Shown: positions 44,682 to 54,065 of the stretch, piece after piece | How the letters are laid out: every line of letters begins with the position of its first letter | Position numbering within the stretch: position 1 is the first letter of the stretch | DNA from: Candidatus Bruticola papionis | Lineage (GTDB): Bacteria > Vulcanimicrobiota > Xenobia > Xenobiales > Xenobiaceae | Length of the DNA stretch: 64,000 nucleotides | Assembly: GCA_002407045.1 (NCBI GenBank) | Contig: DHKB01000019.1 | Span: forward strand, 2,944 to 66,943 | Direction: 5' to 3' | Translations under genes and position numbers: made by a program | The notes under the pieces: generated by a model | What the model saw: the letters and a program-made list of their open reading frames with translations, nothing else | Databases searched by the model: none | What the model was told of the DNA's origin: nothing

Positions 44682-47600
44682 ATGAAAAAAAGCCTTTCAG
44701 ACTTCTTAAAATGTTTGCCTACTTTTACAGCCAAAGGCCCCCATTTAGGGGCAGCCTTATTGGTCTGTTTAACTTGTTTGCTTTGCGCCTGTAGTATAAA
44801 CAGTAAAATGCTTAGCGACTATGTAGCTCCAAGCTTGATTTTGCCTAAAGGTGCAACACGAGCGCTGACTGTGGTGCATGCTACTCCCTCTGGCGACTTA
44901 GTTTTGCCAGAGCAATACTCTACCTTTACTTTTGTCTTCAATCAGCCAGTAGTAAATTTAGGCACAACTCAAGTCGATATTGAAGGGCTTAGCATTGAGC
45001 CTCCCGTTAAAGGCGTTTGGGCTTGGCGAGGAACAGCTTGCCTTACTTTTACTCCCCGAGAGCCGTTGCAAGTTTCTCACGCCTATCAAGTAACTGTGCC
45101 CGCTGGCTTAAAGGCTATTACCGGGCAAAAATTAGCTAAACCCTACACTATGCGTTTTGTGACGCCGCGTCCCGCTGTCATCCATTCTTCTCCTGCTGAC
45201 GGCAATGCCAACGTATCTTTAGATAAGCCTGTATTTTTGCTCTTTAATCAGCCTATTGGCAACCAAATAGCTTTGAAAACTTTGCGTTTAACTTCTTCTC
45301 AAGGAGCTGTGCCTTGCCAAGCGCGTGTGGCCACTGAAGCTGAATTTAAAGCTTACCTTAAAGAGCTGCGCAATAATGAAGGTGACAGAGTTACTATGAA
45401 TGGTTTAAGCGTCGATTTGGATAAGTTGACGCCCGAACAATTGATCGTTTTAGAGCATCAGTCTCCCTTCCGCCAAGGTCAGCGCTATAAAGTTACCGTC
45501 CCAGCCAATTTTAAAGCCGACTCTTCTGCCGATTATGGATCTTTAACCGAAGAGAGTTTCTCTTTCAAAACTTACGATATTTTTAGCTTAAAATCTGTAA
45601 CTAGTGCTGACGGAAACCATCCTGAAGAAGATATTATCTTTACTTTTACTAACCCGGTGAAGATGAACAGTTTGGCCAAAGCTCTCTCTTTTGAGCCGTC
45701 TGTCGCTATGCCCAAAGATTACTTAGAAGATTCTTATTCAAGTTCAGAATTGAGACTCAATTTACCTTTAAAACCAGACACTAGCTATAAAATAAAAATC
45801 AGCTCCGAACTGAAAGATGAGTTTAATAACAAAATTTCCAAATCTGAGAAACTTAATTTTACCACTGCCGATTTTAAGCCGAGTTTGAGTTTAAGTAGTG
45901 GCCAAGCTGTTGTCGAAGCTAAAGTAAAAGACGCTTCTTTGCCTTTAGGCAGCATTAATATCAATTCAATTAAAGTGGAAGGCAAAGCCGTTTCTATTCA
46001 AGAGCTCGTCAAAATGGCTCAAGACGACTTTTTCTTTGGCGGAATCGATAATTATCAACCCCAAGGTGGCTTCACCTACGTAAAAGAGATCACATTAAAA
46101 AATAAGCCTAATGTTTATGCTGATAGTAAAATTGACCTTAAACCTATTTTGCAAGGCCACTCTAAGGGCTTGGCTTTAGTGCGCCTGACCTACAGAAATG
46201 CTGCCAACAAAGAAGAACATAAAACGGTGTTGGTTCAACTTACCGATTTATGTTTGACTGCTAAATTTTCTGCTATCAATAATTTGCTTTGGGTGACCAG
46301 TTTAGATAGCGGCAAGCCTGTAGCCAACGTAAAAGTAACGCTTTACGATGAAAAAGCCGAAAAAGTATTTACCGGACAGACTGATAAGCAAGGCTTAGTA
46401 AAAGCTCCTGGTTGGAGTAAATATACTTCAGCTCAAGATGGCTTTGCTCCCAAGCAATATATGTTGGCTTCTTGTAAAGACGATTTAGCTTTTATCTATT
46501 CTTCTGGAGCCAACAGTTTAGACACTTGGAAATTTAATGTTTTCAGTTATAGCACTCCTTATAAAGATGAAGTAAGAAGTTGCATTTTTACCGATAAAGG
46601 CGTATATAGCCCCGGAGAAGAGCTTAAGTTCAAAGTTTTATTGCGCTCTAATAAAAAAGCTCATTTGCAACTTCCCAAATTCTTAAAAAATGTACATTAC
46701 CAAGCTAAAGATGGGGAGGGCAACACTTTTGCTAAAGGCACATGCCAAGTTAGCGTTGTGGGCAGCTCCAATGGAAGTATCAAAGTACCGCTCGATGCTG
46801 CTCCTGGTTATGCTTTTATGGAATTAACTATTCCCGAAAAAGAAGCTCAAAAGTTAGGTATCTCCTCTTGGCTTGGCTCAGTTTCTTATCGCATTGACGA
46901 GTATCAGCCAGTGCAAACGGAAGCAAAAATTGTCTCTTCTCAAAAGTCTTTGCTTTTAGGTGAAGAATTTAAAGGACGCATAGAAGGACGTTTCCTTTTT
47001 GGAGCGCCTATGGATAATGATCGTTTCCGTTACTCTTCTTCTATAGATAAATCTCCTTATTTTAGTAAAAAATACCCCGATTATTCTTTTTACTCAAAAG
47101 TTTGGGGACAAGATGATGATTTTGACAGTGCTACTTTAATTTCTGGCAGTGGTCATCTTGATAATAAGGGAGAATTTGCCTTTGAAATTCCCACTGAAGG
47201 TGTCCATTATCAGTGCCCTTCTGTGTTGTCAGTTGAAGGAACGGTAATTTCTTCAAGCTTGAAAGAAGTATCAGGCTCTTTGCAAATTCCTGTATGGCCA
47301 GCTAGCCATATTGTGGGTATCAAATTAGATTCTTACTTGGCCAAGCAAGGTCAGCCTTTTCAAGGTCAGCTTTTGGCTGTCGATCAAAATGAGGAAGCAC
47401 AAAAAGGCATTCCTATAAAAATTGAGCTTATCCGCAAAAGTTGGGATTCTGTTTATAAAGCTGGAGTAGGAGGGGCCTACAATTGGGTTAGTGATTCCAA
47501 AGAAGAAACAGAAAGTACCCAAACTATCGTTAGTGGCACTGGCCCTGTAAATTTCAGCCTTATTCCCAAAAGTGCGGGAAGCTATATTATCCGCGTTTCA

Positions 47601-50420
47601 ATTACTGATAAAAAAGGGCGTTGCAACCTTAATGAAACTGAAGTTTGGTGTAGCGGTTCCGGTTATGCAGCTTGGGAAAGACATGATGATAATGAACTGG
47701 GATTAAAATCTAATGCTGAGTCTTATTTGCCTGGTCAAACAGCAGAAATTTTGGTGCAATCTCCTTTTGAAGAAGCTGAAGCTTTAGTAAGTGTAGAAAC
47801 CGACTCTGTAATTGATAGCTGGAATGTTAAACTTAAAGGCACAGCTCCTACAGTTCAGGTTCCGATAAAAAGTTTCTATGCACCTAATGTCTACGTTTCA
47901 GTAATTTTAGTTAAAGGTAGAGAAGGTAAAACCAATCTTAGCCAAGGTGGTTTAGATTTAAGCAAGCCTACTTTTAGATTTGGTTATACCGAATTAAAAG
48001 TCGATAATCCTAAATCTAAACTTAAGGTAGAAGTCGTTTCCGATTTTGCTCAATATAAGCCCGGACAAACTGCCTCAGTTACGCTCAAATTGAGCGATTC
48101 TCAAGGCAAACCTGTTAGCGGTGAAGTTTGCTTATGGGCAGTAGATGAAGGCGTATTAAATTTAGTAGGCTATAAGTTGCCCAATTACTACGACATTTTT
48201 TATGCTAAGCGAGATTTAAATGTTGTAACTTCAGAAAATTGCGCTGATGTTATAGGCTTACGCTCTTATGGCAGCAAAGGAGCCAATCAAGGTGGAGGTG
48301 GTGGCAATGGTGACGAGGTGCGCGATGATTTTACGCCGACAGTTATGTGGAAGCCGTCTATTGCTATTGATGATACTGGCCATACTATAGTGCGCTTTAA
48401 GGCTCCTGACGCTTTGACGCGCTATCGTATTATGGCTGTAGCTTGCGACAATGGTGAACGATTTGGTCAAGGGCAAACTACTTTTGAAGTTAGTAAAAAG
48501 CTGGTGCTGCTGCCCTCAGTTATAAAATATGCTCGTTGTGGCGATTCATTCCAAGTTGGCGTTTTGGCTCGCAACAATACAGATAAAACATATTCTGTAA
48601 CTCTCAAAGCTCAGAGTCAAGGACTCAATTTTGCTAACGATTCTTTCCAAGCTACTTTGAAGCCTACAGAAGAAAAGGTTATGCTTTTTGACGTTTCGGC
48701 TTCGAATTGTGGCCATTTCCCCATTAAATTTAAAGGGCAAATGGGAACCGAAACCGATATTTGCCAATATTCTATAAACGTTATTCCTGACGAGAGAACC
48801 AATGTAGCTGCTGTTTCTGGAGAGTTCGAGGCCAAAGAAGCTGCAGAGTATGTAAAAATACCTGGCGGAGCTAAAGTAGGCAGCGCTATTTTAGATATTT
48901 CTGTATCCAATAATTTCTCCAGTCAACTTAATGGTGTTGTGCAAAAGTTATGGGATGAAGACGCTATCGCTTTAGATACAATTTTAGCTCGTACAGAGAT
49001 AATTTTACTTTCCGATAGATTAGGCCTTAAACTGCCTCAAGAGCTTAATTCTGAGGCTAAACGCAAAGCTGCTGTTAAAAAATATTGCCAAGAGTTAGAA
49101 AAATTTAGAACTATAGATAACGGTTTCTCACTGTGGCCTGGAACCAAGGTTTGTAGCAACATTTATACAGCTTGGGCTTTAGATGTCATGACTAAGCTGA
49201 AAAAAATGGGCTGGCTTGAGAGTGAGAAAGAGTATCTGTATATCGATACCAAACTTTATGCTAAAAATACAATTTACGCTTCTTTGCTAAAATTGCCCAA
49301 AGTTGGCGACGGAGTTGGTGATCCTGGTATTCCTATGCTTTTTGCCTCACTTTGTAAAATTGGAGAAGGCCAAAACTCTACTTTGGTAGTGTTGTATAGA
49401 GCTCGTCAGAAGTTCTCTCTGTCTGGACGTGCCTATATACTCAAAGCTGCCGCCGAACTTAATAATCGAGAGATTGTTGAGGCTTTGCGCCAAGAATTGA
49501 GTAATACGCTTAAGATAGAGGAACGTCAAGCTTGGTTTGAGGAGGATGGAACAGCTGAACTTAATACCATTTCCGAGCGTGCATTGAGCAATGCAGCTGC
49601 ACTTTCGGCAATGCTGCGCAGTGGTGACTTTAAGTTTGCTCCCAAGGTGTTTGCCTGGTTATTCAGTCATAAAGTTTCCGGCACTTGGGGATTCGAATTA
49701 GCTGATGCCAAAGTGGCCGAAGCTTTGACTACTTACACCGATAAAGAACAAGTGGTGCGCCATGATGTTGAAGTAAAAGTACGTTCTGGAGGCAAACAGC
49801 TCTTAAAAGGCACACTCAAATATCCTCAAGCCAATTGTCTCTTTGCTTCTAGTCCTATTGCTACTATCGGTCAAGAAGTGCCCATAGAAATGAGTAAGAC
49901 TGGATCTGGCAAATTGTATTATGATTTACTGCTCCGTTACGCTCCTACTAAACCTATGCCTGCTACTGATCATGGTTTTTATATTTTCCAAAGTTGCAGT
50001 ACTTTAGATGATTTGGAACGCCCCATTCCCTTTACAGAACTCAAGGTAGGCCAAGTCTATAAGGTAAGTGTAAATGTAATTTCTCCTGTAAACCGAGACC
50101 AAGTTGTTGTCAATGTGCCCTTACCGGCTGGTTTAGAAGTTGTCAATACAACTTTTGATACAGAGAGCAATTTATATAGCAATTTGATTAATAAGGTAAA
50201 TCCCGATCCCGATTATGGAACTTTTACCGACGCTGCATATTACTCAGACCATGTAAAAGTGTGGGCTGAAGGCTTACAAGCTGGAGAACATACGTATAGT
50301 TTCTTGGCTAGAGCTGTATCTTGTGGCCATTATCGCATGCCCGGTGCTAGAATCTACCAAAAGAATTGTCCGGAAGTTTTTGGTTGTACTTCGGAAACGA
50401 GGTTAAAAATTGTCCCTTAA
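44682..50420 (+). CDS. Bacterial alpha-2-macroglobulin family lipoprotein (about 1910 aa)
   Basis: It has a lipobox signal (LLVCLTCLLCACS) and a very large, beta-rich multidomain protein body. Adjacency to pbpC matches the conserved yfhM-pbpC pairing. No canonical CxEQ thioester was seen by eye. Confidence 0.8.
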   Translation: MKKSLSDFLKCLPTFTAKGPHLGAALLVCLTCLLCACSINSKMLSDYVAPSLILPKGATRALTVVHATPSGDLVLPEQYSTFTFVFNQPVVNLGTTQVDIEGLSIEPPVKGVWAWRGTACLTFTPREPLQVSHAYQVTVPAGLKAITGQKLAKPYTMRFVTPRPAVIHSSPADGNANVSLDKPVFLLFNQPIGNQIALKTLRLTSSQGAVPCQARVATEAEFKAYLKELRNNEGDRVTMNGLSVDLDKLTPEQLIVLEHQSPFRQGQRYKVTVPANFKADSSADYGSLTEESFSFKTYDIFSLKSVTSADGNHPEEDIIFTFTNPVKMNSLAKALSFEPSVAMPKDYLEDSYSSSELRLNLPLKPDTSYKIKISSELKDEFNNKISKSEKLNFTTADFKPSLSLSSGQAVVEAKVKDASLPLGSININSIKVEGKAVSIQELVKMAQDDFFFGGIDNYQPQGGFTYVKEITLKNKPNVYADSKIDLKPILQGHSKGLALVRLTYRNAANKEEHKTVLVQLTDLCLTAKFSAINNLLWVTSLDSGKPVANVKVTLYDEKAEKVFTGQTDKQGLVKAPGWSKYTSAQDGFAPKQYMLASCKDDLAFIYSSGANSLDTWKFNVFSYSTPYKDEVRSCIFTDKGVYSPGEELKFKVLLRSNKKAHLQLPKFLKNVHYQAKDGEGNTFAKGTCQVSVVGSSNGSIKVPLDAAPGYAFMELTIPEKEAQKLGISSWLGSVSYRIDEYQPVQTEAKIVSSQKSLLLGEEFKGRIEGRFLFGAPMDNDRFRYSSSIDKSPYFSKKYPDYSFYSKVWGQDDDFDSATLISGSGHLDNKGEFAFEIPTEGVHYQCPSVLSVEGTVISSSLKEVSGSLQIPVWPASHIVGIKLDSYLAKQGQPFQGQLLAVDQNEEAQKGIPIKIELIRKSWDSVYKAGVGGAYNWVSDSKEETESTQTIVSGTGPVNFSLIPKSAGSYIIRVSITDKKGRCNLNETEVWCSGSGYAAWERHDDNELGLKSNAESYLPGQTAEILVQSPFEEAEALVSVETDSVIDSWNVKLKGTAPTVQVPIKSFYAPNVYVSVILVKGREGKTNLSQGGLDLSKPTFRFGYTELKVDNPKSKLKVEVVSDFAQYKPGQTASVTLKLSDSQGKPVSGEVCLWAVDEGVLNLVGYKLPNYYDIFYAKRDLNVVTSENCADVIGLRSYGSKGANQGGGGGNGDEVRDDFTPTVMWKPSIAIDDTGHTIVRFKAPDALTRYRIMAVACDNGERFGQGQTTFEVSKKLVLLPSVIKYARCGDSFQVGVLARNNTDKTYSVTLKAQSQGLNFANDSFQATLKPTEEKVMLFDVSASNCGHFPIKFKGQMGTETDICQYSINVIPDERTNVAAVSGEFEAKEAAEYVKIPGGAKVGSAILDISVSNNFSSQLNGVVQKLWDEDAIALDTILARTEIILLSDRLGLKLPQELNSEAKRKAAVKKYCQELEKFRTIDNGFSLWPGTKVCSNIYTAWALDVMTKLKKMGWLESEKEYLYIDTKLYAKNTIYASLLKLPKVGDGVGDPGIPMLFASLCKIGEGQNSTLVVLYRARQKFSLSGRAYILKAAAELNNREIVEALRQELSNTLKIEERQAWFEEDGTAELNTISERALSNAAALSAMLRSGDFKFAPKVFAWLFSHKVSGTWGFELADAKVAEALTTYTDKEQVVRHDVEVKVRSGGKQLLKGTLKYPQANCLFASSPIATIGQEVPIEMSKTGSGKLYYDLLLRYAPTKPMPATDHGFYIFQSCSTLDDLERPIPFTELKVGQVYKVSVNVISPVNRDQVVVNVPLPAGLEVVNTTFDTESNLYSNLINKVNPDPDYGTFTDAAYYSDHVKVWAEGLQAGEHTYSFLARAVSCGHYRMPGARIYQKNCPEVFGCTSETRLKIVP

Positions 50421-50430
50421 GGGTTCGGAT

Positions 50431-52908
50431 ATGCGAAGCTTCTTCGCCGCCTGTTTTAAATGGTGGTGGAGAAGCACTTTAGTTGTGCTATGTATTTTGG
50501 GATTGTGGTTGTTCGTTTTTGTGTCGAGAACGTGGCCGACAGCTTATCCTTTAAAAGCTGAGCGCAACTCAACTTTAATGTACGATCGTAACGGTTCTCT
50601 TCTCCGAGAAGTACATCTAGAAGGTGGAACTAGCAAACGTTGGATCCCTCTTAAGGATATACCTACTTGGGTGCAAGATGCTATCCTTACAGCTGAAGAT
50701 CGGCGCTTCTATTACCATTTTGGCGCCGATCCTTTAGCCATTATGCGCAGCGCCTACTACAATTGCAAAGTAGGTAGAGTGCTTATGGGCGGTTCTACTA
50801 TCAGTGAGCAACTGATCCGCTTACTTATGCCAGATAGGCCGCGCACTTTAAAAAATAAATTTATAGAGCTTTTATACTCCTTGCGCTTGTCTTTCAATTT
50901 TAGCAAAGCACAAATTCTAGAAGCTTATTTAAATAGGGTTTACTTTGGTGGCCAGGCTTATGGTTTAGAAGCAGCTGCCCAGCTGTATTTTGGTTGTCCG
51001 GCTCGGGCTTTGTCTCCGGCGCAAGGCGCTTTTCTAAGTGTTTTGGTGCGCTCTCCTCAAGAATTGGCACCTTATAAAGATATAAATCCGGCCTTAAAGT
51101 TACAACGTGATTTGCTCTTAAGTATGGAGAAGCGGGGAGTGCTGGACAAGGTCGATTTAAAGCGTGCTTTAGCAGAAAAAATAACTTTGGCACCTCTCTC
51201 TGAGCGTTTTGCTGCACCCCATTTTTGTGATTTTATTATTGCTCAAAATGAGCAATGGCCTGCCCAAGATGCTGTCCGTATTGATACTACGTTAGATTTA
51301 AAAATGCAAAATTATGCAGAAAATGTTCTAAATTATCATTTAGAGCGTTTAGCTTCTCACAACGTCAAAAATGGCAGTTTGGTAGTTTTAGATATAAAAA
51401 GTGGCGACATTTTGGCTATGGTTGGATCCAAAAATTATTTTTCTCTTCCAGATGGGCAAAATAACGGATGCCTTACTTTGCGCCAGCCTGGTTCGACTCT
51501 CAAGCCTTTTACTTATGCTTTAGCTTTACAACACGGTTTTACAGCTGCTTCAATTCTGCCCGACCTTAGCTATTTGGATTCTATGCTCAAAGATGCTTTT
51601 GTGCCCGAAAATTACGATCGTCGCTTTCACGGTCCAGTGCGTTTGCGTCAGGCTTTAGCTTGCTCCTACAATGTGCCAGCTGTCTATGCTTTGCAAAAAG
51701 TAGGTATAAATTCGCTCCTGGAGTTGCTGCACAATTTAGGATTTACTGAACTTAATAAAAGTGCTCAACATTATGGATTAGGTTTAACCTTAGGTAGCGG
51801 TGAAGTTAATTTATTGCATTTAGTCAATGCTTACAGGGCTCTAGCTAGGGAAGGCAACTGTCAAGTTGTGCGCTTTTGCCAATCATATACGGATAGTCGA
51901 GGCGAAAAACACTTTTGGTCTGCGGAAGAAGATACGGAGCAAAAGGTTATACCGCCTGAAATTTGCACTTTAATTGGCGATATTTTAGCTGATAGTATAG
52001 CTCGATCGGAAGCTTTTGGCTACCATAGCGCACTCAACTTGCCTTTTCACTGTTCGGTAAAGACTGGCACTTCCAAAGATTATCGCGATAATTGGTGCAT
52101 TGGTTATGATGATAACTACGTTGTGGGCGTTTGGACAGGAAATTTCGATGCTTCTGCCATGCGTAATGTTTCTGGTATTACTGGAGCTGCTCCTATTTTT
52201 CGCGATGTAATGAAATATGTTCACCAATATCGAAGCCGCCCGAGCAAAATCTCAAATACTGGCAAGCTTAACGAAGCTGAACCAGGGTTAGAAAAAAGAT
52301 GGATTTGCGCTGAGTCAGGAGCTGCTCCTGGGCCTTATTGCTACAATAAAATTCAAGAATATTTTTTGCCTAATACATTTTCCTATGAAGTATGCCAAGT
52401 TCATAAGCTTTATTGCTTTAGCAAAACTAATAGGCAACCTATAAATCCGCTCTCTTGTTCTCCTTCTGAGTATTTCACCAAGGTTGTGCCTGTTTATCCT
52501 CCTTTATATAGAGCTTGGATGCGAGAACATAAAATGCTTATTCCACCTCAGTGGGCTATATATAGAAAAGTTAGTTCCGAAGAACGCACAAAATATGCTC
52601 AAAGTTCAGACTTAAATATGAAAAATGGAAGTGAGCTGCCAAAAGACAAAATTATCTTTCCGGAAAATGGGGCTGTTTTTCGTATTGATCCTTTCCTTAA
52701 ACGTCAGCACCAAAGTGTCAATTTGCGAGCTACAGCTTCAGCACCAAATAAAAAGCTCACTTGGAAAGTTGATGGCCAAGTTTTCCAAGTGAGCTCTGAA
52801 CCCCATGTCGTGAGCTGGCCCTTACGTGAAGGCGTTCACCGTATTACTTTACAAACTGAAGATAGTAAGTTTCCAGTTGATAGCATTACTATTACAGTAT
52901 ATCCTTAA
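50431..52908 (+). CDS. pbpC: Penicillin-binding protein 1C (bifunctional glycosyltransferase/transpeptidase)
   Basis: The GT51 motifs are EDRRFYYHFGADP and RQPGSTLKPF. The TPase motifs are STLK, SYN and KTGT. The C-terminal domain is PBP1C-specific. The ATG at 50431 has an AAGGG RBS. The TTG-started ORF overlaps the alpha-2-macroglobulin gene end. Confidence 0.85.
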   Translation: MRSFFAACFKWWWRSTLVVLCILGLWLFVFVSRTWPTAYPLKAERNSTLMYDRNGSLLREVHLEGGTSKRWIPLKDIPTWVQDAILTAEDRRFYYHFGADPLAIMRSAYYNCKVGRVLMGGSTISEQLIRLLMPDRPRTLKNKFIELLYSLRLSFNFSKAQILEAYLNRVYFGGQAYGLEAAAQLYFGCPARALSPAQGAFLSVLVRSPQELAPYKDINPALKLQRDLLLSMEKRGVLDKVDLKRALAEKITLAPLSERFAAPHFCDFIIAQNEQWPAQDAVRIDTTLDLKMQNYAENVLNYHLERLASHNVKNGSLVVLDIKSGDILAMVGSKNYFSLPDGQNNGCLTLRQPGSTLKPFTYALALQHGFTAASILPDLSYLDSMLKDAFVPENYDRRFHGPVRLRQALACSYNVPAVYALQKVGINSLLELLHNLGFTELNKSAQHYGLGLTLGSGEVNLLHLVNAYRALAREGNCQVVRFCQSYTDSRGEKHFWSAEEDTEQKVIPPEICTLIGDILADSIARSEAFGYHSALNLPFHCSVKTGTSKDYRDNWCIGYDDNYVVGVWTGNFDASAMRNVSGITGAAPIFRDVMKYVHQYRSRPSKISNTGKLNEAEPGLEKRWICAESGAAPGPYCYNKIQEYFLPNTFSYEVCQVHKLYCFSKTNRQPINPLSCSPSEYFTKVVPVYPPLYRAWMREHKMLIPPQWAIYRKVSSEERTKYAQSSDLNMKNGSELPKDKIIFPENGAVFRIDPFLKRQHQSVNLRATASAPNKKLTWKVDGQVFQVSSEPHVVSWPLREGVHRITLQTEDSKFPVDSITITVYP

Positions 52909-52974
52909 CTCAAACTTAGTTGAGTTGCGCTTCTATTGACGCAAGATTATCTAACTGACTTTGTCTGATACTTG

Positions 52975-53784
52975 TCAATCGATTTTGTACCATTTTTGCA
53001 AGGGATGATCCCAGCGCACTAGTTTAGTGCCATTTTCTTCTGGCTCCATAGTAGCTTCGCCGCGCCGAAAACGTGGAGAACGATCAGAACCACTGAAAGG
53101 ATGTTTTATTTCTCTAATAATGGCATTTAACACATTAGGCTTTCCGGTTAAACGCAAATCTCGCACCCAGCGTCCATCACTATAGCCAGTATTGTAAGAG
53201 TGAATAGGACGATCTGACCAAATGTAATGATCTGGATTAAGCGGATCTTCTACTAAGCGACAATCTTTCTTAAGGCAAACAAATTCTTTGCCTGTCCAGC
53301 GCAATACTCTAAAAGTAGCAATTTGCACTCCTATAGGAGTTTCTCCCAAAACTACGATAATTTTTCCGTCTTTGTTAGGATCAATTACATATTTTATCTC
53401 ATAATTAAGGTCGCCGACTTTGCCGAATACTAAAGAGTTTTCCATAATAATCTGTGGCTCGATTTTGCGAAAAGCTTGCCCGGAAGCGTAGCGAGCTCTA
53501 GGGCCTTCCCAGATAATTTGACCATTTTCATCGAAGAAAACTAACTGAGCTAAGTAGCCGTTCTCAGAATGGTTATACGCTACTAAAGCTATACTTTCTG
53601 GTTTTTCATCATTATTTATGTCTATGTAAAATTGTTGGTAAGGTTTGGTCTGCTCATCAGGAGCTGCTTGCAAGGGATTATGGTAAGGAGAAGCTTGGAC
53701 TGCTAGCCCCAAATTAAACCATAAGCCGATCCCTAAGGCTATGCTGCTTAAGATGAAGCGTTTGCAATTATTACACCAAAACAT
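52975..53784 (-). CDS. Hypothetical secreted protein
   Basis: A signal peptide is present (ILSSIALGIGLWFNLGLAVQASP). No recognisable motifs were found. Confidence 0.4.
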   Translation of the reverse strand: MFWCNNCKRFILSSIALGIGLWFNLGLAVQASPYHNPLQAAPDEQTKPYQQFYIDINNDEKPESIALVAYNHSENGYLAQLVFFDENGQIIWEGPRARYASGQAFRKIEPQIIMENSLVFGKVGDLNYEIKYVIDPNKDGKIIVVLGETPIGVQIATFRVLRWTGKEFVCLKKDCRLVEDPLNPDHYIWSDRPIHSYNTGYSDGRWVRDLRLTGKPNVLNAIIREIKHPFSGSDRSPRFRRGEATMEPEENGTKLVRWDHPLQKWYKID

Positions 53785-54065
53785 TTTCCTGCCGCCTAAC
53801 TTTAGTAGTATTTTAATACTGTGTTTATCTCGGATCTTAATTCTGCCTATTAGTTTTCCTTTTTTATAAAAGTATGTTCCATTTGAAAAAGCACAAAGAA
53901 ATCGCTTTTTTTAGAAATCTTTTCTCGACAAAAGTAGACCAAGTATAAAAATGGCACTCAATATTTTCGTTTTTCAGCTTTTGCCTGTAGGTAGTTAATT
54001 ATCGGCGGCAGAATAAGCCTTCTCGAGTTTATAAGACAAATTGCAAAGCAAAGGATAATACACCT

